DNA of 64,000 nt, from NCBI GenBank assembly GCA_004764695.1, contig SMSO01000033.1:310001-374000 (forward strand), given 5' to 3'. Positions 50,870-63,124 of this stretch are shown here, in pieces. The position numbers were made by a program, and so were the translations under genes. A model generated the notes under the pieces. It saw only the letters and a list, made by a program, of their open reading frames with translations. It did no database searches and was not told where the DNA came from. The number at the start of each line of letters is the position of its first letter. Within the stretch, counting starts at the first letter, position 1. This DNA is from Schizochytrium sp. TIO01. Lineage: Eukaryota; Protista; Bigyra: Labyrinthulomycetes.

Positions 50870-52314
50870 TAAGGCAACCTGCTTCTTCTATTGCCTCTCC
50901 GGCCGCTGCTCCTCCTCCTCGCCTCCCTCGATGCTGATCCAAGCCAATATGCAACCAAGCAAGCTAGCAGATAACTTGAGACAGAGAAACCTTGATATCG
51001 ATCGATTCATCCCAAACTATATTCCCTCTTTTCCCTATAACCACCTCATTCTAAACTCAGCAACAACCGTTACGTAACCAATAATATCGACTATGACACC
51101 GTGCACGGTAATGTGGGTTTGAATCGCATCAACTCGCGGGGTTTTACTAGAGAAAAACATAGTTGGTTTCTAGAGGACTTGGGGTTTGAAACGGCGGGCA
51201 AAACGACGAAGATGTGCGCTCGGTGGGCTTTCAATTCCGCAGCGAGAGATCGAGCCTAAGCAAGGCCCACTCGGCCTCGACCGGCCCGGCCCAGGTAAGT
51301 GATTTCCATTGGCCTCACGAAGGCCTATTTTTTCTACTTTCATCGCGTCTGGTTCCTTTGGTGGCACCTGGACCCTCAGATGGGGCTCAAGCATGGCATC
51401 ATCGCCATGGATGAATGGTCCTCCCTACGACCCAACTAAATGCTACCTTCTTCCCTCACTCACGCACACATACGACTAGATGTTTGCTGCAGACACGAAG
51501 CACTCCATGCCACACTAGTCCTCTACCCCGGAAGCTTTCGCTTAAAGCCCGCCTGACGCCGTGAGGTCTTCGAGATGTAATCTTGGAAATGTGCAACGTC
51601 TCCGAAAAGACTATAAAACCGTATGTTCATATGTGTTAATATGTATACATGTATGAGTTTACTATTCGTTGCTGTCTTCACCAAGATTGTAGCGAGCGCG
51701 TTGGAGCAGCAGTGAGTGAGGAGCAACGGCGGCGGCGGCGGCGGCGGCGCATCATTCATGCTCTTGCTGTTTCGGGGGAGGTGGACTTTCTTGGTCTTAT
51801 CGCTGAGGAAGGAGCTCCATCTTTGTAGGCAAATTGGGACATTGAGGGGAGATTGCCTGCACTACTACGATGATGACACAAATGAGGGCAAAGAAGAAGA
51901 CAAGGAGGTGTAGACACCCATATGACTGACATGAAAATTGGTTATGCATAGACAGACTGGGGAGAAGAGTTACTTTTGCAAAACGAACTGTCAGCAGGAA
52001 GAGGTTTCGGTTATTTTGGGAGTTCTTGCTTCCGGGATAAAAGGAGTAGCCGATATCTGCTGCCTCAGTCGATAACAAGTAACAAACACGAGCTAATCCA
52101 AGCAAAGTAAAACAACAATTCTCTTTGAAGGCTTTCTCTGTACAGAAAGTCCGATAGAACTGCAATACGGGCAGCTTGCTCGCAGTTCTAATTCACTAGC
52201 AACCTGAAGGAGTAGGCTGTCTAAACAGCAGGAGCAGCTGGAATACTAGAGAAAATCAGTTGACTCGTGTAATAAAATCAGCGGGTGAAGAAGCCATAGA
52301 ACTACAGCTACAAG

Positions 52315-55300
52315 ATGATGCTTAGGTCGCCGGAACCGAGTGCCAGAGAGCAACACAACCCGAAAGAGGACAACATCAAAGTTGTGGTGCGTTCGCGTCC
52401 CCTCAATGCTGCTGAAAAGGCAGCCAAGACCCCTAGCCTCGTCCACTGCGATACAGATAGAGGACAAGTGGGTGTCTCTATGGCTATTGGCAGCAAGCGC
52501 AACAACAAAAAGTACAACTTTGACATGGTCTTTGGACCTTACTCCTCACAGGCTGAGGTCTACTCAGCCGCTATTCGCCCTGTTGTCGAAGAGGTGCTCC
52601 TTGGCTACAACTGCACGGTGTTCGCATATGGTCAAACCGGCACTGGTAAGACGTTCACCATGGAGGGAGATGTCGACGACCCGGAGATGCAGGGTATGAT
52701 TCCTCGTGCTGTTCAGAACATTTTCTCTCGCCTTGAGGCCATTGATGACGCAGAGTTCAATGTTAAAGTTTCTTTCCTCGAACTTTACAATGAAGAACTG
52801 CAGGACTTGTTATCAGTGACTGATGAAAAGAAGCTTCGAATTCTTGATGACAAATCACGCATGAGTACCGGGGTTGCGTGTCATAACCTTGAGGAGGTCA
52901 TGGTGAAGAACACCAATGAAATTCTCGAGGTTATGAAAGTTGCAATGGCTAAGCGCCAAGTCGGTGAGACTAAGCTTAACAAGGCTTCAAGTCGTTCTCA
53001 CTGCATTTTCAGTCTGACACTTCACATCCGTGAGACCACCCCTGAAGGCGAGGACCTCCTTAAGGTTGGTAAGCTCAACCTGGTTGATCTTGCCGGTTCA
53101 GAGTGCATTGGTCGCTCTGGTGCACAGAACGCTCGTGCTCGTGAAGCAGGTAACATTAACAAGAGTCTTCTTACACTCGGACGTGTGATCAGCGCCCTTG
53201 TCGAGAAAACCCCGCATATCCCTTACCGTGACTCCAAGCTTACTCGGCTTCTCCAGGAGTCCCTTGGTGGTCGTGCCAAGACCTGCATCATTGCCACAGT
53301 TGCACCTTCAGTTCAGTGTCTAGATGAGACTATTAGCACCCTTGACTACGCTAGTCGTGCAAAGACCATCAAGAATAAGCCCGAGGCAAACCAGCGTATG
53401 ACGAAGCGCACCTTGATCAAGGAGTATGCTGAGGACCTCGAGCGCCTTCGACAGGAGCTTGCGTCTGCTCGGTCCAAGGATGGTGTTTACCTTGCTGAGG
53501 ACCGTTTCAACGAGATGACTATGCAAATCGAGAGCCAATCTACACAAATCGAAGAACTCGAAGATGCTCTTGATCAGCGCCACAAGGAACTTGGTGAGCT
53601 TCGTGATCTCTTTGATGAAACCTCTCAAAAACTTGAGGATACCGAAGTCAAGCTTGATGAGACCGAGCAAGAGCTCGGTCAGACCAAGGAGGACCTTCAC
53701 GAAACTAAAGAGGAGCTCGACCGTCAGGTTACTCTTGTAGAGGAGACCCGTGTTCTCGTTAGCGCTCATCAGAAGACAGAAGGTGAACTTCAGTCAAGAA
53801 CTCAGGAGCTTCACTTAGTGCTGGAGGAGGCCAAGGGTGATATCAAGTCTCTCCATGGCACTGTAGAGCGCAAGTCTAATCTTGAGGCACAAAACATGGA
53901 TGCATCCCGCAAGTACAAGGACTCTACTCTTACTGCACTCAGTGGTGTTTCGAAGGAGGCTGTCTCTTTCTGTGAGCGGCAGCTCCACCATCATGCTGCT
54001 CTTGTGTCATCTGTGCGTGATCTTCGTAACTCGCACAAGACACAAACGGAAGCTGTGATGACCGCGATTAAGTTGCTTGATGCTCATGGACAAGAAAATC
54101 TGCGCGCCACCGGAGAGGAGACCATCCCTGCCCTGCGTGAGGCCATCAAGTCTGATATGGGTCGTGCAGATACCCAAGCTAATGCTCATTTGGAGGACGT
54201 GAAGTCGGGTCTTGAGATGGCTCGCCTCGAGACTACGGAGCCGCTCCGCGTTATTCTCAAGGACATCCTTCTTCGCCAACAGCAGGAGCTCGACACACAT
54301 ACCTCTCAGGTGGCCGAAAAACTCACTGCTTCTGAGAAGGATATTCGCAGCTTTGCTGAGCGCCAGACCTTCTCCTTGAATGAGTTATCAAAACGCATTA
54401 CTGCTGACGCCGAGGAGAGCCGCCACGCACTGGAACAGCAGACTAAGCAGGTTCAGGCATTTGTGGTTTCGGAGCGTGCTCGTATCGAAAATGCCACTGA
54501 CAACCTCATGCAGCAGTTTGCTACTATGCTTACCGCCTTCCGCAGCGAGGCTCAAATGAACTTGGATGGCATGCTTGCCAGTACGCAGGCCACTTGTAAG
54601 GAATCTGTGGATAATATGCTTCGCTCAGAAATGCAGACCAAGAAGGAGGTGCAGATCGTTGCTGCTTCCGTGCAGGACTGGTGCAGCACCTCTGCTATTG
54701 CCATGGCAGACCTTCGTGGATCTATCGAGGCTGAGTCTACTACCCTCAATGGTTTCGCCAATGAGGTGCACACCAAGGCAACTGCTGCGTCGTCCTGCTT
54801 GGCGACTCATGCAGAGGCAATGCTTGAGCTTGCCAAGTCCGGTCACGCTCAGTCAGGCGCCATTCGTGCAGAGACGCGTGCCACCATGGAGAAGGGCACT
54901 TCGGATCTTCAGTCCAAGATGGACTCATTTCAAAACATTCTTGCTGAAGACACCCAAGGCGTTGTTGAAGCTGTGCAAGGACAGGAGTCATCTGTGTCTT
55001 CTTGGACCGAAACCGCTGAAACTGGAACAAATGCGAACAGCGAAGCGATCTCGAACCACTTTGGTGATACTCGTACTCGTGTTGAGGCGCTTTCCAAGAG
55101 TTGCAACAGTTACGTCGACCAGGAGCTTGTGTGTGATCAAGACAATGGCGCAACCCCCGCTAAAAAACCGTACACCTACGCTGCGGACATCCCGCGCACC
55201 GCGCCCCACGATGCTATCTTGGAAGCTTACCGCGCCGGCAAAATTCAGGACACTACAGACCTTGAGACAGACTCCAAGCTGAACCGCACCTCATCATCTG

Positions 55301-55710
55301 CTTCGTCTTCCTCATCACGAGCTTCCCATGCTTCGGGATCATCTGAGCAGCACCAGCACGAGCTAGACGAAGAGGACGAGGACGAGAATAAGTCAGTTGA
55401 GTCTCCCGACAAGCCAGAGACAGACTCTCACACAGATCGGATGGAGCTCGGTGAGATCTCCAGCCGTGTCGTGAACCAGCAGCAAGACTCTTCTGATGGT
55501 TGGGCAACTGGCAAGGGTAAGTCTTCTATTGCTTTTGAGGGTGCCGAGGAAATGGAGAACAAGTTTAAGGATTCTCCGGTTATTAGCCCTGAAGTCATAA
55601 TGGCAATGAAAGTCTCCCAACTTCGCAAGGAGCTCTCTGCACTTGGACTTTCGCAGCTTGGCAAGAAGGAAACCCTCCAGCAGCGCCTGATAGAGGCTAT
55701 TTCCAACTAA
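52315..55710 (+). CDS. KIF11: Kinesin-5 (BimC/Eg5 family) with C-terminal SAP-like domain
   Basis: GYNCTVFAYGQTGTGKT, SSRSH, LVDLAGSE, HIPYRDSKLTRLLQESLGG, neck IKNKPE, BimC-box-like GATPAKKPY. Tail MKVSQLRKELSALGLSQLGKKETLQQRL. Confidence 0.93.
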   Translation: MMLRSPEPSAREQHNPKEDNIKVVVRSRPLNAAEKAAKTPSLVHCDTDRGQVGVSMAIGSKRNNKKYNFDMVFGPYSSQAEVYSAAIRPVVEEVLLGYNCTVFAYGQTGTGKTFTMEGDVDDPEMQGMIPRAVQNIFSRLEAIDDAEFNVKVSFLELYNEELQDLLSVTDEKKLRILDDKSRMSTGVACHNLEEVMVKNTNEILEVMKVAMAKRQVGETKLNKASSRSHCIFSLTLHIRETTPEGEDLLKVGKLNLVDLAGSECIGRSGAQNARAREAGNINKSLLTLGRVISALVEKTPHIPYRDSKLTRLLQESLGGRAKTCIIATVAPSVQCLDETISTLDYASRAKTIKNKPEANQRMTKRTLIKEYAEDLERLRQELASARSKDGVYLAEDRFNEMTMQIESQSTQIEELEDALDQRHKELGELRDLFDETSQKLEDTEVKLDETEQELGQTKEDLHETKEELDRQVTLVEETRVLVSAHQKTEGELQSRTQELHLVLEEAKGDIKSLHGTVERKSNLEAQNMDASRKYKDSTLTALSGVSKEAVSFCERQLHHHAALVSSVRDLRNSHKTQTEAVMTAIKLLDAHGQENLRATGEETIPALREAIKSDMGRADTQANAHLEDVKSGLEMARLETTEPLRVILKDILLRQQQELDTHTSQVAEKLTASEKDIRSFAERQTFSLNELSKRITADAEESRHALEQQTKQVQAFVVSERARIENATDNLMQQFATMLTAFRSEAQMNLDGMLASTQATCKESVDNMLRSEMQTKKEVQIVAASVQDWCSTSAIAMADLRGSIEAESTTLNGFANEVHTKATAASSCLATHAEAMLELAKSGHAQSGAIRAETRATMEKGTSDLQSKMDSFQNILAEDTQGVVEAVQGQESSVSSWTETAETGTNANSEAISNHFGDTRTRVEALSKSCNSYVDQELVCDQDNGATPAKKPYTYAADIPRTAPHDAILEAYRAGKIQDTTDLETDSKLNRTSSSASSSSSRASHASGSSEQHQHELDEEDEDENKSVESPDKPETDSHTDRMELGEISSRVVNQQQDSSDGWATGKGKSSIAFEGAEEMENKFKDSPVISPEVIMAMKVSQLRKELSALGLSQLGKKETLQQRLIEAISN

Positions 55711-56257
55711 GTCGCTTGCTGATCTTGCTGTTTACTTTGATGCCTCCTCTTACTACCTGTCTCTTTGTATCCTGTGCTCAATCAGGATATCATGTTCTGT
55801 ACCTACTACCTCCATTCCTTACCACTCGCCAATTTGACCGATGCTCTTAAAATGTGAATTTGCGCGCTTTTGCATATAGCGAGCTTTCCTAACTACCGGT
55901 TAAGAGCAGGGGTTTTCAGTCGTCCTCTCTTTGGTCAAGATTGCGTTTGATTCGATTACACTGATTACGTGAATAAATGAATATCTTCGTTATGCATTTG
56001 TCCTTGAATCATATACCTAGCTTCCAGCTTCCAAATTAGTTGTTTACTACATGATATGTCATTACAGTCACAGTTATATTATAATTTTCTATACCAAGAT
56101 AAATGGATGATTTGCTGTTCTTGGTACGACACCAGTTTTGCCACCTGGATTAACTGTTCTCATGAAAGTGTTATGATTTATATAACCTCCTAATTGTAGT
56201 GTCTACTCAATGTAAATGATTTTTATTATTATTATTTAGGTCTTTGTAAAGAAGTAG

Positions 56258-56486
56258 AGGTCAGGTAAGAAAATGGCATGACCAAGGAACCACCAAGCTC
56301 AAACATTACAAGTGAAGCAATCCTTCAATTTAAATTATCAATTTTTTTCAAAGCTTCAATTCAAGCTAGCAAAGATCCTTAACCGGAAGTTAGGTGTCTC
56401 AGTAAGTACCGTTTGGGTGCTTCCCCAGAGGCAAGCGCATATACGCAAGTGACGACGTTGAGGGCACCTATGGCTGCGGTCTGTTC
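56258..56486 (+). repeat. Dispersed repeat copy B (probable transposon relic)
   Basis: Homologous to the reverse complement of 32483-32681 (40-nt perfect match plus a 75%-identity 100-nt block). Confidence 0.85.
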
Positions 56487-57336
56487 CGGCGGCCGCGAAC
56501 AACGAAGCACGAACTGCACCATCATCTACGCTAGATCGTCCTCAGATAAGCAATCCTTTTGCCTAAATTTGAAGTCTTCTAGATGGTCAACAAGTTAACA
56601 ACGACATTTCGAATGATGTGTCATTGGGGCCACTTTAGCTTCCGTCAAGCACGCATTCACAAAGCTGAGCTTTCCCCCCTAGTGTAAACTTGTTTTTTGC
56701 TGGTAGGATTAGCCTTTGAAAACATGCAATGAGTTTGGCACCATCCATGATGAGCTCACCGATAATTGCAAACATGTAGCCGATCGTGATACCCACGCCC
56801 CCAGAGGCATCCTTTCGCGTTATCCATCCAAGGACATGATTTAAGAGTAGTCTTCGAGTCGCGGGTTTGTCTTTATGTAAACCCACGAATGGGCCTTAGC
56901 CCCACCCTTTACCATAGGAAATGCAAGGTGCAAATTTTATAGGTTAATTACTGAGTGACAAGCTTGCAGGGTGATACCATGGTAGTTTTTTAAGGTTAGA
57001 TCCATCAGGAAGGAAACTCTCAGAACCTGAGGCAACCTTTAGGTACTAATTCCACCTGCAAATTACTTTAATTGGTGTTCCCCTTTTTATTCTCAGCACC
57101 TACTGTTGGTTTATTCCCTTTTTCTTATTATTTCAGTATATCGTTGAAAGAAACCGTGACTAAATTTTTTTACAACATTTTTTAATTTTAACTTTCAATT
57201 AAAAAAGAGAAGCTTTAGATGTCTCTTCCCAACGGACACATTCTTTAACTCAAGCAGAAGATTGTTCGTTCTAGTTTTCAATGCTTAGTGCTTTTGATAA
57301 AAGGGTGTGTCCATTGTTGAGGTAGCGGACTATGTT

Positions 57337-57395
57337 CGGAAGGACGCTTGATAGTGGTCATTGTCTTGCGGAAGGACGCTTGTTAGTGGTCATTG
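57337..57395. repeat. Direct tandem duplication of CGGAAGGACGCTTG(A/T)TAGTGGTCATTG
   Basis: Two 27-nt copies with one mismatch, ~120 bp upstream of the Kv start codon. Confidence 0.9.
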
Positions 57396-57512
57396 AAATA
57401 AGTAAGACAAAGGTGCTGGAATTCATAGGCCAAATTAGCATAGAACGTAGGCAAACAATTGAGACTGCAAGAGGCTTGGGCAGTGCATGATCCTATGTAA
57501 GACGCGACAAGG

Positions 57513-58922
57513 ATGCCTCAGATTGCCCCCGCACCTCTTGAAGAGTCTGGGAAAGCAACATGGGCAGATAAGCCGGCAAAAGATAATGGCAAACAAAATG
57601 GGGTAGGTGGTGTTCCTCCTAAAGAGGATGTAACACGAGACGACGAGCCGGCGAACCAATTAAGTACAAGAGCTTTGGTAGACGATGAAGTCGAACGTCA
57701 ATCCATTGGGAAGAGAATTTGGCTGTTCCTTGATGATCCTAGCTCAAGTAAGCCAGCACAAGTTTTTTCTCTGTCCATGATCCTTCTTATTACATTTAGC
57801 GTGATTGTTTTTTGCTTGGAGTCGCTTCCTCGTTTTTATGTTGAGACTTTGAGCTCAGATACGACAATTTGGGATGAAATTGAGTTCGTATGTGTTGTTA
57901 TCTTCACAAGTGAATATTTGCTACGTCTATTGACCTGTCCAAGTAAAACTGCATTCCTTTGGGACTTTTTAAACTTCGTCGATCTTATTGCCATTGTACC
58001 CTTTTACTTAGAAAGGGCAGCTTCATTCTTCTTAATAAGTGGAGATGCTGCCATTTTCCGTGTTGTGCGTCTCGTTCGTGTCTTCCGGGTCTTCAAGATC
58101 TCAAGATATTTGTCGTGGATTAGGATATTCTTAGTTGCCATGCAAAACAGTACACAACCTCTCAGCATGCTGCTATTCGTGATGATGGTTGTTTGCGTAT
58201 TTTTCTCAAGTGCAATGTTTTTTATTGAGCGTGGTGACTTTGACCTAAGTCAAGGGATATATATTCGCTCAGATGGATCGGAAAGCCCCTTTCAGAGCAT
58301 TCCAGGCACCTTTTGGTGGTGTCTCGTGACAATGACTACAGTAGGGTATGGAGACGCGTATCCTATAACACCTGGTGGTAAACTCTTGGCTGCAATAACC
58401 AGTCTCACTGGTATTTTGGTGTAAGTTATTTCTTTCTTTCTTATCCCCTTAAAGATGTTAATTTCCTGGGCCTGATAATTAACAACTACGAGCTCAAGCT
58501 CGCTCAACTTATTTGAATTGTTGCCTTTGTATCACAGCCTTGCAGTTCCCATCACTGTTATTAGTACAAATTTTTCTGACGAGTATGAGAAATTAAAAAA
58601 GCAGAGAGCCACAGCGAAACACCGAGCTAATCTCTTGCGAAATCATTTCAAAGAACGAAAATCAAACTTAGATACAATGCAAACAGAAGTGGCTGATCTT
58701 GTAAAGCGTGCGTCCCAGGATTTTATTAGCGAGATGGAATCACTCGCTGAAGTCGCGAAGGAGGAAATGACTCTTGAACTTCAAGAGCTCGTTCGCATTG
58801 CTTACAGTGCTCGTCAAAAGGATCTCGTTCGCGCAAACACTAAACAAAGTAAATCTGCTCGTTCTATTACGCCTTCGAAGATCCCAGTGACGAGTGCTGT
58901 TAGTCCTGCTGATTCGCTTTGA
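57513..58922 (+). CDS. Voltage-gated potassium channel (Kv/Shaker-superfamily-like, no T1 domain), two exons (57513-58420, 58538-58922)
   Basis: S1-S6 helices, S4 RVVRLVRVFRVFKISR, filter TTVGYGD. Intron GTAAGT...CACAG restores the S6 sequence GILVLAVPITVISTNF. Confidence 0.93.
58421..58537 (+). other. Spliceosomal intron in the Kv gene
   Basis: GTAAGT...CACAG, phase 2, restores the frame. Confidence 0.88.
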
Positions 58923-59739
58923 CAAAATAAACTTTAAGATACTTATTTCCGCCACATGTGACTACATCTTAGATTAGGTATCATTATTTGACGGGTTTTC
59001 ACTCTAGTTTCTTTCAAGCAATATCCAAAAAGCTATTAGAGCCTTGTGTTTGCAGATTGTCCATTTTCTTTTCTAAATCGAGGATTGCCCCTACTTTTCA
59101 CATCCGGTCTTGAACGACTTTTGTCAATTTTGCGCCCAATATTTCAACCCAGACAGCAAGCTTAGTGGATATAAGGCTTTCATTTTTACTACGAACAAGC
59201 ATATCTCTTGTGCAACTCACAGTGGACATGCAGAAATCCAATGCTTGATTTTCGAAGTCTAACATGACCTCATTGCTAAATATTTTCGCTCTTACTTAAA
59301 GCGCTTATGCATTGCATTTTGTTACTTTCCCACAAAACATTTCGAATGAATAATCTACAAGCATTCATACGTCTAGTACTGCATTCTAGTATAGGGTGCT
59401 TCAAATAATGAAGAGTTTTTCTATAGTTCAGTGCAGTCTTTTCTTCAGACTTTACGTTGCCTGTTAAAAATGTAAATTGTAAATAGTTTTTCGATTGCTT
59501 GATATTTTTTAGGATATTACATGCTTCAAGAGAATTTTGCCTGCTTCGCTTTGTTTTCAATCAATATTCTATCTTCTATGTTTTACCATGGTCTCAAGGT
59601 GTTCTCACTCGCTCACTCTTCTTTTATTACCTTTTGCATAGTGCCCCGCCGTGCCAATCTTGCCATTCAACTTGTGGTGAACACGAAATCATCCGAGTGG
59701 AACTAAGAATCTTAGAAATGTTTACTGCTACACTCTAAC

Positions 59740-59773
<34 letters not shown>
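59740..59773. repeat. (GTT)n microsatellite
   Basis: Directly visible. Confidence 0.93.
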
Positions 59774-60336
59774 GATGATGATGCTGTTCTTGTTCTTGTT
59801 GCTGCTGCTACTGCTGTTTTTGTAGACCATACCTATGTTTGCTTCGACATATGAGGGTCTCTTCATTGCTGTTATTCTTATTCTCTTCGCAATCTGGCGT
59901 TTGAGACTTGACATTGGTGCTGAGAGGTTGCAATCTCCTTCCCAATCATCATACTATGTATCTCGGCGATCAACTGTGAGCGCAATTCACCACGAGCAAG
60001 TTCCACTGCTAAAAATGCGCAGAACCCATTTTCATCCAGCGCAACCCATTTTCCATACAAAATGGGTTGCGTATCCCAAAGGCGGTTAAGCAGGGCGCCT
60101 AGTGAAGCTTCATTTCTTTCCTTCTCTAGGCATTCGATAATAAGGAGAAAGAAGAAACGAATAGAGAAAGAAACAAACGAAATAGATCGATCAATTGATC
60201 TTCAAACACGTCGATCGATCGATCGATCAATCAGCAATCGAGAACCCAGAGGTCCACAGGCGGCCTGGTTTCTTGGTGGTCCGCTTGTGAGGCCTACGTT
60301 CGCATTCGCAGCGTTTTCCTTCTCGCTTGAAGAAAA

Positions 60337-61701
60337 ATGTCTCGGAAGGATAAGACGCCTTCGAAGTCGTCCAAGGATGACGAAGCGGATTTGAAGAAGA
60401 AGTCCGCTGCAGCTGGCGACGAGGAGGAGAAGAAGGAGGGCGACGAGCAGGAGGAGAAGATCAACGCCGCACTTGATGCAGGCGACATTGCTCTTCTCAA
60501 GAGCTACGGTCTCGGTGCGTACACCTTGGCCATCAAGGAGGCTGAGAAGGCTGTCGAGACCACGCTCAAGCGAGTAAACGAGCTGGCCGGCGTGAAGGAA
60601 TCTGACACCGGTCTTGCCCCGCCGAGTCTTTGGGATCTTGTTTCTGACAAGCAGATGATGCAAGAGGAACAGCCCTTGCAAGTAGCCCGCTGCACCAAGA
60701 TTATTGACGCAGATTCTGATGAGGCCAAGTACGTCGTCTCCATCAAACAGATTGCTAAGTTTGTTGTGGCCCTTGATGAGAAACTCTCCCCTACTGATAT
60801 TGAAGAGGGAATGCGTGTTGGAGTTGATCGAAGCAAGTACTCCATCAAGATTCCTCTTCCGCCCAGAATTGACGCTTCCGTATCTCTCATGACGGTTGAG
60901 GACAAGCCCAACGTCACGTATGATGATGTCGGTGGTGCTAAGGAAGGTCTTGAGAAGCTCAGAGAAGTCCTCGAACTACCGCTCCTCCACCCTGAACGGT
61001 TTACGCAGCTGGGAATTGATCCTCCTAAAGGTATCTTGCTGTACGGGCCGCCTGGAACAGGAAAGACCCTATCAGCAAGAGCTTGTGCTAACGGCACAGA
61101 TGCTACGTTCATTCGCGTTATTGGCAGTGAGCTTGTGCAGAAGTATGTTGGAGAGGGAGCCCGTCTTGTGAGAGAGCTTTTTCAAATGGCTCGATCCAAG
61201 AAGGCAGCAATTATCTTCTTTGATGAGATTGATGCTATTGGAGGATCGCGTGAGGGAGGAGACAGCTCGAACGATACGGAGGTCAACCGCACGATGCTTG
61301 AGATTGTGACGCAGCTTGATGGTTTTAGCGCGCGTGGTAACATTAAGGTGCTCATGGCGACAAACAGACCTGATACCCTCGATCCTGCACTCATGCGCCC
61401 TGGTCGACTTGATCGAAAGGTCGAATTCGGTCTACCGGATCTCGAGGGACGTGCACACATTCTACGCATTCACACAAAGTCTATGAGTGTCGAGAAGGGC
61501 ATTCGATTTGAGCTTCTCGCACGTCTGACACCTAATACGACGGGTGCCGAGCTCCGTTCCGTCACGACCGAGGCAGGCATGTTCGCTATTCGTGCTCGAC
61601 GCAAGGTTGTAACTGAAAAAGATTTGCTCGAGGCCGTCAACAAGGTTATCAAGGGCTACCAGAAGTTCTCTTCCACAGCCAAATACATGGTATACAACTG
61701 A
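60337..61701 (+). CDS. PSMC2: 26S proteasome AAA-ATPase subunit RPT1 (regulatory subunit 7)
   Basis: [50 protein letters not shown]-terminal YMVYN. Confidence 0.98.
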   Translation: MSRKDKTPSKSSKDDEADLKKKSAAAGDEEEKKEGDEQEEKINAALDAGDIALLKSYGLGAYTLAIKEAEKAVETTLKRVNELAGVKESDTGLAPPSLWDLVSDKQMMQEEQPLQVARCTKIIDADSDEAKYVVSIKQIAKFVVALDEKLSPTDIEEGMRVGVDRSKYSIKIPLPPRIDASVSLMTVEDKPNVTYDDVGGAKEGLEKLREVLELPLLHPERFTQLGIDPPKGILLYGPPGTGKTLSARACANGTDATFIRVIGSELVQKYVGEGARLVRELFQMARSKKAAIIFFDEIDAIGGSREGGDSSNDTEVNRTMLEIVTQLDGFSARGNIKVLMATNRPDTLDPALMRPGRLDRKVEFGLPDLEGRAHILRIHTKSMSVEKGIRFELLARLTPNTTGAELRSVTTEAGMFAIRARRKVVTEKDLLEAVNKVIKGYQKFSSTAKYMVYN

Positions 61702-63124
61702 GCAATTGTCTTACTTACCCCTTACATTCAAATCTACATCTTTACAACATAAACATTTGTACTCAAACCATCCTACATTCCATTTCCATGTTTCCCCCCT
61801 TTCTTCAATGAATAAAACGTAGCTAATTTCATAACCTTAATCATTCACTTTCAAAGGTTCATACACTTACTTTAGATAAACTGCTTCCTTTCAATATATA
61901 TGTGAAACAAGAAAGGGGCTGGATTTCTAAGCCAAACCATTGGAGAACCTTCCGAGCCAGAACAGTGTACCGTAACAGTAGGAACTATCCCTATTCTATT
62001 GCGACAGTCTTTTTGTAAGTACGCGAATGTTCATGCCTTGCTTAACAATGTCAAATAAAAAGACAAATGGCTGTACTTGATATCTAACCAGTTTGCCTCG
62101 AATGATGTTATAACCTCCCGAAATTGGCATTTCGTCTTCAAGCTCATTGCCTTCACAGCGCTTAAAATAAAATGAAAAGGTATGAAACTCACCTCAAGAA
62201 GCTCCACTATAGTTAAGAATTTCGTAGAGAGTCTTGTATAGTACTTCGGAATTTTAGTGTGCCGCATGGAGTTCAAAGATGATGATAAAGTAGGGCCAAA
62301 TACTTTCATGGGTACGCGTAAAATTTTGCTACCAACTTAGCGTGGATATCGAATTTATGTAATAGCAAGATATCTTTAAACCAAACCAATAGCGAAAGCT
62401 AGATAATAGTCCATTTCATCTGTGGGTAACAAGAAGTGGAAGGCCAAGCCGTCACACTGGTTATTTCTTTTCAACCCTCTCTTAAACAGAAGAAAATTAT
62501 CCCATTAATGTGCTTGTCATTGCCTGACTATGAATCACGAACTTAAGCTGTCGTTGGGTGAAGCGCGACATTCGGTTGAGTCAACACACAAGCAAATTGG
62601 ATATCAAAGTGTATAAACAATAATTGGAATTATGAAACTATTTTGTTGGCTGTACAATCAAGTTTTTTATGTAGCCAGTGGTGGACTACAGCAGTACTAA
62701 AGTTATAATACTAAAACCAGCATGTTCGCATCGATCTAAGTTGCCATGCCAACAACAAAACCAACATGGCGGGAACGCTGACTGACTGTATGTATCAAGA
62801 ATGCAGAACCTAAATTTAAGAAATAACATCAGTAGTTTGGGAAATTTATGTACTCGAATTTTTATCCTGCCCTGCAACAAGCTAGTTGGACGCCCCATAG
62901 CCTCATCTTTGCGTGAAGAGTCAGTAAGGTGCCATGGATCTGGAGATGAGACGAAAGAGAAGAAGCGTAGAACATATCCTCGCAAAAGAGAAAATTTCAA
63001 AGTTTAAAATGTACGTATTTCTTGGGTTTATAGAAAGAATAAAACGGATAGAGTGATGATGTGTAAACAATTTGTGTTGAGTTCAGGCTTGTATTGTAGA
63101 AAATGGTCAAGAACATCACAATTT

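Noticed and set aside
51111-51130. GTGGGTTTGAATCGCAT resembling a tRNA T-arm (also GTTCGAAC near 25244)
   Set aside because: Stems are mismatched and no cloverleaf can be formed. No tRNA or rRNA was recognised in the window.
56413-56598. Coding potential of the dispersed repeat (TLRAPMAAVCS frame)
   Set aside because: Mismatches between copies are evenly spread over codon positions, and the other copy has a stop in this frame.
57337-57395. Direct repeat considered as a CRISPR-like array
   Set aside because: Only two copies with a 5-nt gap, eukaryotic context, no cas genes.
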